Assembly: GCA_051313645.2 (NCBI GenBank) | Contig: JBNRSN020000009.1 | Location: forward strand, 39,804,001-39,868,000 | Direction of reading: 5' to 3' | Length of the DNA stretch: 64,000 nt | From: Centroscyllium fabricii | Lineage: Eukaryota | Part shown: piece by piece, positions 1 through 13,865 of the stretch | How positions within the stretch are numbered: position 1 is the stretch's first letter | Layout: each line of letters opens with the position of its first letter | The notes under the pieces: model-generated | What the model saw: the letters and a program-made list of their open reading frames with translations, nothing else | Told to the model about the DNA's origin: nothing | Database searches by the model: none | Position numbers and translations under genes: made by a program

Positions 1-47
1 CTCCCTCAGCATTGCACTGGAGTGTCAGCCTAACTTTCTGTGCTCAA

Positions 48-789
48 GGGGGCGATTTTCCTCGGTCCAGGAGGGCGGCGATCCGGTGGGGCGGGGCCTA
101 AAATCGCGGAGCCGGGTGGTCCCGCCGGATCGCCGCCGGCTTGTCAGTTTCGGGCGGCGTGTCCCGGGGGGGATGCTAGTTGAAGTAGTTGAGGGCCCTT
201 AATTGATCTGCATAATGCCATTTTAAGGGCCCTCACCTGTTTTCCACCCCTTCCCACCCAAACCCCGCCATCCTTAAACCCCGCTGGTGAAACTTAGCCA
301 CTTTCTCCTTCAAGGTGTTGAAGGACCTACAGCAGAATGCTTTCTAGGCCTTCAAGACCCTGAAGGTGTAAGTGACTCCCTTGGGTGAAGACCAGCTGTG
401 TGAAAAAACTTAAAAATCTTACCTGACAGCTCCATTGACAGACGGTCCCTAGCTGTCAAAGATTTGCAGCCCGCCCGACCACCTGTCACTCAAAGCACTT
501 GGCCTTTCCGATTGGCTGCACTCCATTGTGATGTCACAATGGAGTGTTTCCATGGGAACTGTCAACACACAGTCCCCGCAGCTGTCTGTCAAGTTGCTCC
601 ATCCCCGCTGGAGCTCCCTAATTGCCGACTCAATTGAGGCAATTACCAGGGGCTCCCCGCACGCGGAGGTTTAATTGATTAATTTTTGGAAAATAGCATT
701 GGGTTTACAGGCCCTTGGGCGGGCGGGACAGGACCCCCCCCCTGACCAATCCCCGCCAGGTTCCCGCACATCCGGGGAAATCCCCCCCC
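48..789 (+). mobile_element. Harbinger-like MITE family 1, inserted in a Deu-SINE; relatives at 9913-10710 (+), 18265-19718 (-) and 46156-47048 (-)
   Basis: GGGGG..ATTTTC / GAAATCCCC terminal inverted repeats (TIRs) and a shared internal core (AAGGGCCCT, TGTGATGTCACA). The 46156-47048 copy has a 3-bp TSD AAT. Confidence 0.75.
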
Positions 790-1804
790 CAAAGTTCCTG
801 GAGTGGGACTTGAACCCACAACCTTCTGACTCAGAGGCGAGTGTACTACCAACTGAGCCACAGCTGATCTAAAGCAGATATTTAAAAAGGTCCCGATGTA
901 AGAGGAACAGTTCCTCTGTGTGTTGTGTGTAATGAAATCATAAATCTGTTCTTTATAGGAGGGGCAACAGCTTTATTATACATGGTGCACGGAGGAAATC
1001 TTCCCTTGTAATCTTGGTAGTCCATGAAATAAATGTACTCTGTGCTAGAAATGAAGGGGTTAAGGCATTAGCTCGGCCTGGCTGCCACTACAGTCTCTAT
1101 TCTCAGGTGTTGAGCAGTCCAGTAACAGCGTCACCCATTCAGGCCTTTAATCATAAAACAGGCCGTCTGTAACCAGATTACGAGGGAGGCCCAGACCAAA
1201 GACTGCTGCTACTGTCAGGGCCGAAGTGAAAACACTGGGCTCTTTCAGGCAAAATGGCACCGAGAATGAGTGCAACGTTGGTGCCTCAGTCCTGCCCTAG
1301 CTCCAGAACAAGGCCCACAGAAACCGCTTGGAAAAACTGAGCCTGCATTCGAGCTCTGGTTGCCATCTCGCTGACACAATGCAATGGAGAGCACTTAAAA
1401 AAAAAAAGAGAAATTCGTACAAGTGCGCCTTTCACCACAGAGGCAATGGAACTTGAACCTGGGAGGCAAAAGCAGTCCTTCGAAGGCTGTCTCCGTACAC
1501 CGTAACTCTGGAATGTTACATAACCTTCTGTAACTTTCGTAATACGCAGAGAGCGGGCACAGTGTCCCTCCGCGTGATGCAGCAGCACATTTACTGCTGC
1601 CAACAAGACTTCTTAAAAATTCAGTCTCGGGGTGGGGGCGTCGCTGGCAAGGATGGCATTTATTGCCCATCCCTAGTTGCCCCCAGAAGGTGGTGGTAGA
1701 TCTTCATCATGAATTGCTATAGCGGTTTGATACAACTGAGTGTCTCACTGTAATGATATCAGCAAATAGTGATCATATTTGCCTGTTTGATTATCTATGC
1801 CTTA

Positions 1805-1817
1805 CCAGCAGAGGGCA
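1805..1817 (+). promoter_or_regulatory. Candidate CTCF site
   Basis: CCAGCAGAGGGCA fits the CTCF core CCASYAGRKGGCR and lies between repeat fragments; motif match only. Confidence 0.3.
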
Positions 1818-2587
1818 TGTGACAAGAAGCAAGTTAGAGGAGTTGCAGTACAGGATTGATCTCCAAGATGGAGTCTCCCTGTAAGCCTCATGTAAATCAG
1901 TAAGTTACGTGAACATACGTCAGATTAAAAAACATTCTCCTTCATCAATGTGTCATCGTTGAACCCACATAGAAAACAATACCCTCACCAGGACACTTCG
2001 GAGCACAGATAAGAGTCAGCAACACTGGTGTGGGACTGGAGTCGCATATAGGCCAGACCGGGTAAGGACGGCGCGTTGACTTCCATAAAGGACATCAGGT
2101 GGATTTTTACAACAGTCCAGTACCAGTCAGGATAGTTTAAAAAAAAAACTTAGGTAGGTAGAGGCATATTTACAATTTCCAGCCAGCAAACCTAACATCA
2201 CGGCACCTTCTGCACTCATCCAGAGGTGGCAGGGTGGCACAGCAGGAAGAGGGTAAACGCCGACATGGACTGGTTGGGCCGAATGACCTGCCTTCGTGTT
2301 GTAAATCCTATGAATTGCTTTGTCTAAGGAGCTGTGATTCAAATGCTGCTACATCAAGTATCCCATTTGGATGCTGCATTGGAACTCCCATTGAGTGAAT
2401 CATGAGTTCTGTCAGTAACACTGTTAGAAGTGAAAGCCAGATTCAATTTGGGGTTTGCAGGTACATGGATACATTGTTTAAAAAACAAAAATTTGGCATC
2501 ACCTCGTCGCTGTTCCCTGATTTACCTCCTCTTCCCTTTTTGCCCTTTCCAACTTGGGTGTTGACTTGTACCAAGAGTCTTGGCCCT

Positions 2588-3575
2588 TCATAAGAACATA
2601 AGAAGTAGGAGCAGGAGTAGGCCATATGGCCCCTCGGGTCTGCTCCGCCATTTAATAGGATCGTGGCTGATCCGAACTTAGATTCACGTCCACTTCCCTG
2701 CCTGTTCCCCGTAACCCCTTATTCCCTTATCAGCTAGGAAGCTGTCTATTTCCAATTTAAATTTATTTAATGTCCCAGCTTCCACAGCTCGCTGAGGCAG
2801 CAAATTCCACAGACTCACCACCCTCTGAGTGAAGAAATTCCTCCTCATCTCAGTTTTGAAAGGGCAGCCCCTTATTCTCAGATTATGCCCCCTCGTTTTA
2901 GTCTCACCCATCAGTGGAAACACCCTAACCGCATCCACCCGATCAAGCCCCCTCACAATCTTATATGTTTTGATAAGGGGAGGCGGTGGCGTAGTGATTA
3001 TGTCACTAGACTACTAAGCCAGAGGCTCAGTCAAATGCTCTGAGGATATGGGTTCAAATCCCACCACAGCAGCTGGTGGAATTTAAATTCAATTCAATTT
3101 AATTGTGGAATTAAATGTTAGTCTTAGTAATGGTGACCATGATACCATTGTCGATTGTTGCAAAAACCCATCTGGTTCACTAATGTCCTTTAGGGAAGGA
3201 AATCTGCTGTCCTTACCTGGTCTGGCCTACATGTGACTCCAGACCCACAGCAATGTGGTTGACTCTTAATACCCTCTGAAATGGCCGAGCAAGCCACTCA
3301 GTTGTAAACAACCGCTACGAAAAACAATAAGCAAGAAGGCGGCTCACCACCATCTTCTCAAGGGCAATTAGGGATGGGCACTAAATGCAAGCCTAGCCAG
3401 CCAGCGACACCCACATCCCATCAATGAATAAAAAAAAGATCGCCTCTCACTCTTCTGAACTCCAATGAGTAGAGGCCCAACCTACTCAACCTTTCCCCAT
3501 AAATAAATCCCCTCATCTCTGGAATCAACCGAGTGAATCTTCTCTGAACTGCCTCAGGATCAAGTATATCCTTTC
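2588..3575 (-). mobile_element. CR1 LINE 3' fragment split by a SINE (2977-3436)
   Basis: ORF with TRGHNLRI...MRRNFFTQRVV.LWN.LP and a (CTTATGTT)-type tail. Confidence 0.9.
2977..3436 (+). mobile_element. Third tRNA-derived SINE family; related pieces at 1620-1745/2020-2125 (-), 30060-30445 (-) and 40218-40495 (+)
   Basis: GGTGGCGTAGTG A box, GGTTCAAATCCC B box, shared ATGTCCTTTAGGGAAGGAAATCTGC core, A-rich tail. Confidence 0.75.
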
Positions 3576-5202
3576 TCAAAGTATATCCTTTGGCTGCTCA
3601 ACACAAAAGGGAAGCACAACCCTGCTTGGCATTGAACAAAATGTATTCCAAACAGACGCAGTCTGATGCCAGGGAGTAAATACTGAGAACCATACGTGAA
3701 TTCATTTCTGACCCGCTTTTGCGTGGCGTCTCAGTGACCTGGTCGCATGCCAGGGAGGAAATGGTCTCCCACAATGATACAAGGTTATAGTAAGAGCGGA
3801 GACGTGGCAACAACAAAAAAGAGGCAAATTGTGGAAAATGGCATGAAAGCAGTTGGGTCAGCATTTACAGAGTTAATATTAAAAAAAATTAATTAAGCTT
3901 TGATGCTGCCCGATTCGTATAAAATCGAATATAATTGCACACTTTTGACGCCTGAAGTGCGTTGACTTACAACTTCTGTCCCTGATTAATTTTCGCTTCT
4001 TTCCAAGATCATGTCACTGTGCTTCAGTCCAGCTGCACGGCCTCATCAGTGGCAAGCAAGCAGGCTTAGTTGAACAGAGCTGGGAGTGAAACCATGCAAC
4101 CCATTTAACCTGGGAGGCCAGGTCCGTGACCATTGGGTCCTGGCACACAGGGAATGGCTGCTGCTCTCTGAGAGGGCTCATTCAGAGGTTGCGGGATGGA
4201 AAATCACTGGCTGCTGAGCTGAAACATCACAACCATGGCTGACCCTAGCCCCTAGGCATTGAGAGCTGTCTGAGAGTACTACGTGTTAAAGACAGTACAC
4301 TGGTAATCCGGCACCCGATGGTCTGGCAGCTTCAGTGGTCCGGCATGACTGGAAACCGGCGCTCTTCATTTTGCGGAGCAGCCGCTCAGCGGCGCCACCA
4401 TTTCCCGGGAAGGGTGAGCGAGCGCAGAAAGGCGTCGGTCATTTGGGTTTCTGTTTTTTCAGGTCTTGTACGTGTTCTATCCACGGGCTCCCTCCCAGGG
4501 AGTGTTCTACCGCGCGCTCCCCCGAACCTTCAGTGGTTCGGAATTTTCAGTGGTCTGGCACCGGCCTGATCCCGAGGGTGCTGGATTAACGGTGCTCAAC
4601 CCTGTACTTGCACTTCAATGGCACCTTTCTACATCAGAATGTCTTAAAAGTGCTTCACTCAAATCATTTCTTTGAATTGCAGTGACTGTTGGCAAACAGA
4701 CATGAGGAGAATGACCAGTCAATCTGCTTTGGTAGCTGAGGGAACAATGTGGTTCTGACACCTGCTCCGCTCTTTGGAAACAAATTCCCGGAGAGGTCCT
4801 TAAACAGGCGTTGAACCCTGATTAACATATGCAAGAGGCCTAATGCCTGCTTTAGACTGCCGCCTGCCACGCCTCAAAACTGGCCCCAACTAATTTAGCA
4901 GTGGTCGGAACGTTCACAGGTATTGGCTAAACTTGTCAGCGTTGCGCCCTTTGACCCCGAAAAATGGGCGCAATGCATGTCGATTTCTAACCCCACGAGT
5001 CAAAAATTAATTGCTACCAAAAGAAATGACAATTGGATTTTTTTTAAATCCCATTCCAATTTCTTCTCATCCACACCGTGTTAGCCAGTCGATTTCCAGT
5101 ACCTTAACCAAGTGGCTATTTTTCATACGAATGTTAGCTGGATATTTGGTGGTGGCGGAGGGGCAACACAGCTACGCCTGATCCTGTCCTAACCTGGTGT
5201 GT

Positions 5203-5420
5203 ACACATAACCATGCGCACACACACGCGCGCACACTCACAGACACTCACACTCACACACACTCACACTCACACACACTCACACTCACACACAGGCACAC
5301 ACGCGCACACTCACGCACACACACATGCGCACACACTCACAGACACACACACACACACACACTCACACACAGGCACACACGCGCACCCTCACGCACACAC
5401 TCACGCACACACTCACACTC
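5203..5420. repeat. Compound (CA)n/(CACACT)n microsatellite
   Basis: Visible directly in the sequence. Confidence 0.97.
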
Positions 5421-6120
5421 TTTCACTTTCCAGCAGGATCCATTGGATAGTGTAATCAAGGGACAAAACCCGAACTGATTTCACCCTTTCCCAGCAAGAA
5501 TATACAATCCTGCCAATTTAAAACAAAATTGCCTCGTTGCTCTATGGTGAGGGGCTGCGCGATACAATTTCTATCCTATGAGTGGGCTGGCCTGATAACT
5601 CACAAGGAGCCATGCATGTGGCGTGCGAGTTTGGTCAGTGCTGTGAGTGGGATACAATTGTGTTCATCAATAATTCTGTTCAAACAACATGTCAGGCGAG
5701 TAATTAAAAATAAATAGTAAACGGTAGAAGTAAATATTACTTTTAGAGATGTACTATACTGACGTACAAATTGGAGTGGTTCTGATAACATCACTGCAAA
5801 CCATGTTTGGTTTCCACAACCTGTTCTCATCTCTGTGATGTAGGAAAATTATTTTTTGTAGACGTTATTACCACCTCGGTTGTAATTCATAATTTCGCTC
5901 CCAGTTTTTTAAATTTTAGTTTTCTCCACCTCTCTGTAGGTTTCCCTAGGCCTAGAGTGGTGAGGCTCGCATCTCCACTCATGCCGTTTTTGACCTAGTT
6001 GCTAGGAGACTTGAAGGAGCAGCCCCAAGTGACTCTTGGCGACTTATTTATTTTAAAGTCCAGTTAACTGTGGCCGGTTGCTAAATTTGTCAGTGGTGGC
6101 CACAGATGCCATGAAAGCAC

Positions 6121-6815
6121 ATTCAATTCAATTCAATTCAATTCAATTTTATTGTCATTGCAGAGTACTAGTACAATACAACGAAACGAAGACTCGCCGC
6201 TCCCGAGAGTAGTGCAAATAAGTTACATACAAACATACAGTAAAGTACATTTCAGGTGTGCAGACAATGGAGTTTTTTGTTAGAGTTCAGGAGACTGACA
6301 GCCCTGGGGTAGAAGCTGTTCTTGAATCTGGTCGTGCGGGTGCGAATTGATCTGCAGCGTCTCCCGGAGGGCAGGGGGACAAACAGACTATGGCTGGGGT
6401 GTGTGGGGTCTTTAATAATGTTCTGAGACCTCCGTAGGCAGCGTTTGAGGTAGGTGCATTCAATTGATGGTAGCTGGGTGCCGGTGATTCGTTGGGCAGT
6501 TTTGACTACCTGCTGCAGGGCCTTCCGGTCCGAGATGGTGCAGTTTCCATACCAGACTGTGATGCAGTTTGTCAGTATGCTTTCGATTGTGCAGCGGTAG
6601 AAGTTGGTGAGGATGCCGGATGTCAGCTTGGCCTTTTTCAGCTTCCTTAGGAAGTACAGGCGCTGTTGGGCCTTCTTTATCAGGGAGGAGGTGTTTAGTG
6701 ACCAGGAGAGGTCTTCCGAGATGTGGACTCCGAGGAACTGGAAGCTGGACACCCTTTCCACCTCAGCCCCTTGGATGAAGATGGGGGTGTGTCTTCTGCT
6801 TTTAGTCTTCCGGAA
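6121..6815 (-). mobile_element. Rex1/Babar-like LINE 3' fragment
   Basis: VERVSSFQFLGVHISEDLSW..N...KKAQQRLYFLRKL...FYRCTIESILT.CITVWYG...LPSGRR...SFYPRAV, then AATAAA and a (TTGAA)n tail. Confidence 0.88.
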
Positions 6816-7561
6816 CATTGTCTTCAGGATTGATGTTATTATTATTAATTGATAAATAAGTAACTTTTGAACAAAAAAATCAAAAATTGATTTTCTGCTT
6901 TGCTTCAAAGATAAATTTTAATGAGATATTTCGAGTGCTCCATTTTCTCCCCGTTCCCATTCTCTGGCCTCACTGGTCTGTGGTGTGGGCAGATGATCTG
7001 CTCTTGGACCTTTCAGCTCGTTGCCATGACATGGCTGAGATTGGTAGTCCACGTTGTAGTGAATCACAAGCATGAACCACGGCCCTATCACTCTGACATG
7101 CCAGTGCAATCCAGGTCCCTCGCTTTTGGAAAGAACAGCTTCATTTTGCTAGTGATTTTTAATTTGGTTTAATAAGTTGTATCTATGCCATAAATAAAGT
7201 CTATTAAAGGCCCTTTTATCCTGACAGAATCGCTGGAATATTTGCCCTTAGCATTTTCCAGCAACAGCATTTTACTAGCAACTTTACAAATCATTTTTTT
7301 TTTCCAGATCAGTTTTTTTTTAAATAGGTTTTTGCAAGGCTCTTCCAGCTGCATGCTGGGATATTCAGACTGCTTGGAGACTTGCTTCCAAAATGGGGGA
7401 CTTGGGCAAATTTGGAAGAAAGCCACTCAACAAAAAGAACTTTTAAAGAACTGGAGGAAAAAGTAAAGAAAACAAAAAGATTTTTTCAGGCAGTGAAAAG
7501 AAAGGAAAGACTTGCATTACTATAGCGCCTTTCACAACCTCAGGACATCCCAAAGCGCTTT

Positions 7562-7832
7562 TGACGTATCGTCAATAAAGCTAAAGACGAGTAGTTACCT
7601 TAACTATAGGCTTTTATTAGCTTAAAGATGGAGCTAGTCTCCAGTCGACATCAGGCACAGAATAACTGGGGGCAGGGCAGACCTCACCTATAAGGCTCCC
7701 ACCTGAGGGGAGGAGTTAGAGGTGTGGCTGACCTGGCCTTACAACAGTGTTCTATATACGATACACCAAGTCACTAAATACATTGGTCTGTGGTGTAATA
7801 CAACTATATACAATGGTAATATGATTACCACA
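7562..7832 (-). mobile_element. Solo LTR (271 bp) inside a Deu-SINE
   Basis: TG...CA ends, 5-bp TSD GCTTT, AATAAAAGCC on the - strand. Confidence 0.85.
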
Positions 7833-9442
7833 GCTTTACAGCCAATGAAGTACTTTTGGAGTGCTGTTTTGAAGTCACTGTTGTATTGCAGTAAACAATT
7901 TGCACACCGCAGGCTCCCATAAACAGCAGTGAGTTAACTGACCAGATAATCTGTTTCAGTGATGTTGGTTGAGGGATAAATATTGACCATAACACTACTC
8001 TTCAAATAGTGCCATGGGATCTTTTCCATCCACCTGAGAGGGCAGCCTGGGTTTAACATCTCATCCGAAAGACGACACCTCCAACAGTGCAGCACCCCCT
8101 CAGTGGTGCATTGTGGTGTCAGCCTAGATTATGTGCTTAAAGTCGCTGGGGTGGGACTTGAACCCACAACCTTCTGACTCAGAGGCAAAAGTGCCCCCAC
8201 AGAGCCACAGGTGTCACCTCGTACAATAGAGGCGAAAATCTTCGATTAATTCAAGAATCTGTTGATGATATGAGGCGGGCTATGGGTTTGCCTTTTTTGG
8301 ATGGATGAGTTAAGATGGACCAAATAACCATTCTCTCATCTGTATTTATTTTGTGATCTTGTGAAAACTAAACTGTTACATTTTCAGTTGTAGGTTCAAG
8401 TCCCATTCCAGAGACTTAAGCACAAAATCTAAGCAGACGCTCTAGTGCAGTGCTGTGAGGGTGCTGCAATGTTGGAGGTGCTGTCTTTCAGATGAGACGT
8501 TAAACATAAGGCCCCGTCTGCTCTCTCAGGTGGACATAAAGATCCTGTGGCACTATTTCGAAAAAGAGCAGGGGAGTTATCCCCGGTGTCCTGGCCAATA
8601 TTTAACCCCTCAACCAACATCACTAAAACAGATTGTCTGGTCATTATCACGTTGCTGCCTGTGGGAACGTGCTGTGTGCAGATTGTTTCCTGCATTACAA
8701 CAGTGACTACACTTCAAAAGTACTTCATTGGCTGTAAAGCGCTTTGGGATGTCCTGAGGTTGTGAAAGGCGCTATATAAATGCAAAATTCGCTCTCTCCA
8801 TTCCAAGTGTTGATCACTCTTTTACTGAAAATCAATATAAAATGGAAAACAATCTTGCTCATACTGAACTGTTTTATTAAATGATTTGATGGCTATGAAG
8901 CAGGGTTATGAGCCCAGTTTATCAAAAGAGAAAGATTGAAATTCCTTTTTTGAGGGGCAATGAAATGTTGTTCTTGGCATGCTGTGAATAAGGTCCTGTT
9001 TGCCAAGTGGTGAGTAACTTTTCAAACATTTGGGTAGTGCTCATCTGGAGACACATCCGTCTGTAGACGGTCTATAGCTGCATCAGTCGTCTGTTCAGTG
9101 TCCCAGGAGGGACCCCAGTGACTAGGAGATGAAGAGCACTTGGTAATAGACACTGGCGGTTTTCATGAAGGGAATCTTTATTGTCAGTGATTTATTAATA
9201 CTCTCTGTTTCGGGGTTAGTTCATTGAGGACTGCAGCATTGGTCTTCAGTTCCTCCAGGAAAGTGACGGTGGGATCATTGCATTAGTTCTGTAGTGCATG
9301 CAATTGTGGCGTGGTGGAACACAAAATGTTTGTGCTCTCAATCCTCGCCGGGTCATTGCATGGCGAGAGAAAGAGGCACATCACATTAATGTAGCACCTC
9401 ATCACATCTCTCCAAAATGTCTCAAAGCGCTTCATATACAAT

Positions 9443-9912
9443 GATTCACCAGGCTGATACCTGGATGGCAGGAATGACGTATGAGGAGAGATTGGGTCGA
9501 TTGGGCTTATACTCACTGGAGTTTAGAAGAATGAGAGGGGATCTCATTGAAACTTATAAAATTCTAACAGGACTAGAGAGACTAGATGCAGGAAGGACGT
9601 TCCCAATGGCCGGGGAGTCCAGAACCAGGGCACACAGTCTAAGGATAAGGGGTCAGCCATTTAGGGCTGAGATGGTGAGGAATTTCTTCACCCAGAGAGT
9701 GGTGAACCTGTGGAATTCTCTACCACAGAAGGCAGTTGAGGCCAATTCATTAAATATATTCAAGAAGGAGTTGGATATATTTCTTAAGGCTAAAGGGATC
9801 AAGGGATATGGGGAGAAGGCAGGGACAGGGTACTGAGTTTGGATGATCAGCCATGATCTCATTGAATGGCGGAGCAGGCTCGAGGGGCCTAATGGCCTAA
9901 TCCTGCTCCTAT
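9443..9912 (+). mobile_element. CR1 LINE 3' fragment
   Basis: YEERL..LGLYSLEFRRMRGDLIETYKI...FFTQRVVNLWNSLP followed by CR1 3' UTR. Confidence 0.92.
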
Positions 9913-11222
9913 GGGGGGCATTTTCATCTCCCCATGAGTCAGGGTTTTCGACGGGTCGTCCGGAAAAATAGCGGAACCGGCGGGTCATGACCCCCCCCCC
10001 CCCCCCCGCCGGATCCCCGCCACTTTCACATTTTTCCCCGCCCTGTCCCCCCGCCACGAAACCTTCCCACTGGCGGCCGGCAGGGCTGTTGTGTCACCTC
10101 ATTAAGGGCCCTTATTTGGCATGTGTAATGCCATTATAAGGGCCCTCAGGAACTTTCACCCCCTTCCCACCCTAACCCCGCCATCCTAAAACCCCGCTGG
10201 TGAAACCCAGCGGGAGCACAGCGGTGTTCATAACTTTCTCCTTCAAGGTGCTGAAGGACCTGCAGCAAAATGCTCCGCTCGCTTTTAGCACCCTGGAGGA
10301 GTAAGTCACTCCGTCGTGTGAACACAGCTGTGGCCAAAAACTCAGAAATCTTCTCTTTGCATATTTACTGACAGCCGCCGGCTAGCTGTCAAGGATTCGG
10401 AGCCTGCCCGCCCACCTGTCAGTCACCAGCATTTAACCTTTCCCATTGGTTCCACTCGACTGTGATGTCACAGTGGAGTGTTTCCATGGGAACTGTCAAC
10501 GACCAGGGCTAGAATTATCTGTCAAGTTCCTGGCAGCCTGCTACAACTCCGACTCGATTGATTCAATTACCTGCGGCTCCCCGCAGGCGGGGATTTAATT
10601 GCACAATTAAATGAAAATTGCGTCGGCTTCCCAGGTCTTTGGGCGGGCGGGACAGGAACCCGCCCCGACCAATCCCCGCCAGGTTCCCACACCTCCAGAA
10701 AAATCCCCCCAAGTAGAGTGACTTGATCAACTTGTGCACAGCAGGTTCCCACAAAGATAAAGCGGGTGAACGACCGGTTAATCTGTTTGTTGCTGGTGTT
10801 GTTTGAAGGAGAACTTTAACAAAGGATCTTAAACAAGTACCTGAACCACAGGAACAGACAGATAAGGTCTCAGTTTAAATTCTCATCTAATGCGCTGAAG
10901 TGTCAGCCTAGTTTAAGTCTGCAACTCCTGGATTGGGATTTGAACCTATGAACTTCTGACTCAGAGACAAGAGCACAACAAGAGTCAAAGCAACATCTAG
11001 CAGGTGCCTAACAGAGGAGAACTGCTTCCATGGACAGTGAAAAATCATCATAAGATTCATCGCTGAATCCAAATAGCACATAAACTGCACTGGCAGAGGT
11101 CACTTGCCCACATTTCAAGCCAAGAAACTAGAGGAAGAAACCTTTAGTTGAGAACTGTTTAAATTCCAATGAGTACAGTGATATTAATTGCATTAAAAAA
11201 ACTTGTTCAGTCCTTCAATCAC

Positions 11223-11483
11223 TGATGCACAATCAATTACTCCAGTCGATGGTTAGATGTAATCGAGGCTTTTATTCACATAGAAGTGGACACAGGTCCG
11301 ACGATCTTCCAAGCCAAAGTGAGAGCACTCAGGTGTGCTGTCACTTTTATACCCAGTGGGCGGAGCCTGGGGAGGAAGCCGAGGAGCGGAGTCCTCCCAG
11401 GTGAGTCCTCCCTGGCAAGGAGGCGTTACGTACAGTTACAGGGAGGGGACATAAGGGGGAGACATATACAGTGGTTTACCACA
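11223..11483 (-). mobile_element. Solo LTR (261 bp)
   Basis: TG...CA ends, perfect TSD ATCAC, TATAAAA and GAATAAAAGCC on the - strand. Confidence 0.88.
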
Positions 11484-12499
11484 ATCACATCATTAAACCA
11501 TGGGAGGGACCTTCAACAGCCGGCCGCCTGTTTCTGGCCTGAAAAAAGGGCGACCAGCATTTGAAAGTCTGGTGGGGACCTTGTAAGTAAGTAAGTAAAT
11601 TTTATTGTCACATAACTGAACAAAATTCAGACAGTGAAATGCCTACGGCTATTCCACACGCGCTACACATCAACCAACAACAAAAGAACATAAGATACAT
11701 AGCACGCCCGGAACCCGCAAGACGTCAAGCCATTCTCCAGCGCCATCATTGAGGGTCCGCTAATGCTCCGGCTCTTTAATTCGATGTTGTTAACCTTCTT
11801 CCTTTACTGCGATGCACTGCTGAATCGAGATTTTTGATGGTTACGGGACTAAAAACCCGCACTCCATGAGTGAAGGATGGAGTCCAGTGCCCGACCTTCG
11901 GCCCGAGAACAGGCCCAAATGAACCGCCGGACTCCCGCACACTGTGCGCCCATTTGCCCGCCTGAGTCAACTTTTAGGCAGGACTTTAAAAGGCCGCCCA
12001 GGACTCCCGCTCAAAACAGGCAGGGAGGCTGTTTAGATATGCAAATCGGGGTCCTGCACATGTTGTAGGACCCCGATTGCAACTTTCAAGGAGAAATGGG
12101 CGAAGCATACCCAAATATAAGTCCCATTACTCCTGGCCTTGAGAGGCCTAACCAGCGTTCCTTAAAGAAGGGAGGGCTGGGGAATAAATCAGTAAAAGGA
12201 AAATTTGACATTGTTTAAAAACTTCATGTCGTTGCTGAAATGAAGTTTGGATTTTCCAAAACAGTTTCTGAGTTGATCAGAGTTTCACTTCACCGGCCTG
12301 AGTCCTATCCCAAATAATGGCCTACCTTTTCTCTTTTCAAGTTGTCTTTGCTGTTTACTCACAGCGTTCTCTGTTGTAATTACAGATTCCCAGTACTCAC
12401 TTTTCAAAACAAATCTGCACTTGACTCATAATTTGTGATATTAATTTCTCACAAGCGTATCTGTGTACTCTTTCATTTTAATTTTATCTTCTGTTTCAG

Positions 12500-12582
12500 T
12501 GAGTGGTACCTGAATGGAAACTACCTGGTGATCATGGCAACAGCGTCGGTTGTTTTGCCTCTGGCCTTAATGAAACAACTCG
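12500..12582 (+). CDS. SLC38A3: SLC38A3-like amino-acid transporter, internal exon (83 bp)
   Basis: Acceptor tctgtttcAG, donor GTTAGT. Encodes EWYLNGNYLVIMATASVVLPLALMKQL(G), matching the SNAT3 segment WYxNGNYLVI...LPLALM(R/K)QLG. Ends in phase 1, compatible with the next exon. Confidence 0.92.
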
Positions 12583-13154
12583 GTTAGTCTCAGTAACAGA
12601 ATCTTGTGTGTGTGTGTGTAATATTTCTGTGAAACTGTGTGACAAGATCAGTGTGCCATTTTTTATTGCATCACATAGAGATATTAGATAGGGATTAAAA
12701 ATGTTCACAATTTTTCCACTAAAGGCAATTACAGTTTAGGGACTGTGTGATAGCACTGTATTGGTCCTGCCGTTTTTCAAACTCGAAACTAAATAAATTG
12801 ACCTGAAAAATGAGCGACCAGCATTTGGCGCTCCATGGTAAAGTGCTAGCACATGCGTTTGCTCTTGCAGTTCCTTGTGGGGTGAATTCCCAACCTGGCA
12901 GAAAGGAAATCTTGGAGGGAGACTCCCTCTAGACCACATTAGGGCATCACCTACCAGTCGGCCCTAGAGTGATATTGGCTAAGTCCGGGGGGAGGTTAGG
13001 GTCACGAGCCAAGTGCTGTTCTTAGGCCAAGAATGGTGCACATTACATAGAGGCCTAAGGAGAGGTGCCTCATTCTCTCTGACAACTGGATTCCAGAGCA
13101 TCTAGAGCCAGGCTACTGGTTAGCAAGGGAAAGTGGCTGAAGTAAGTAAGTAAA

Positions 13155-13432
13155 TGTGATGAACCTTTTGGTGTGGTTCACACTGTACGGTTATTGTATA
13201 TAGTTCTGTTTAATGTGTTTGTTATATATCTTGTTATATATCTGTTAATATCTTTACCTTTCTGTAAGGACCTGTACCGGCTGACCCCGCCTCTGGGTGC
13301 TAGTATAAAGGAGAATGCTCCGCCCACTTAGTTCTCATTCCAGGCAGGCTCATCGGGGACACGGTTCAGTTCCTTGTTAATAAAAGCCACTTATTTAGGA
13401 AACTCGCTGCCGTCTTGATTTGAGGCATCTCA
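13155..13432 (+). mobile_element. Solo LTR (278 bp) inserted in the (TAAG)n tail of a non-LTR element
   Basis: TGTGATG...CATCTCA ends, TSD GTAAA/GTAAG, GTATAAAG and AATAAAAGCC. Confidence 0.82.
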
Positions 13433-13865
13433 GTAAGTAAATTTTATTGTCACATGAACCGAACAAATTTCAGATAGTGAAATGCCTACTGCTGTTCCAC
13501 ACGTGCCACACATCAACTAACAACAAAAAAACATAAGATACATAGCACGCCCGGGACCCGCAAGATGTCAAGCCATTCTCCGGTGCCATCATCGTGGGTC
13601 CGCTTATGCTCCGGCTCTTTAGTTCGATGTTGTTATCCTTCTTCCATTCCGTTTACTGCGATACGCCGCTGAATCTAGGTTTTCGATGGTTACGGGACTA
13701 CCCCACGGACTGGCGACTTCGAAGATCTTCCGAACTCACATCTCCCGAATAGGTATATGATGACCCATGGAGAACAGGCTCCCCAAAAAACGCCGAAATC
13801 TCGCACCTCGGGAGGGGAAAACGAACATGCCTCCAGAGACCGCCAAACTCCCGCACTCCGGAAGT

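Noticed and set aside
959-1011. AG-preceded stretch reading GATALLYMVHGGNLPL, faintly like the upstream SLC38 exon (GAMSSYLYIxKSELPL)
   Set aside because: In-frame TAA, weak similarity and no fitting donor; probably chance.
2402-2593. ORF MSSVSNTVRSE... as the missing upstream exon
   Set aside because: No acceptor site and no LPL or hydrophobic match.
5197-5478. His/Thr-rich ORFs
   Set aside because: They are translations of a CA microsatellite.
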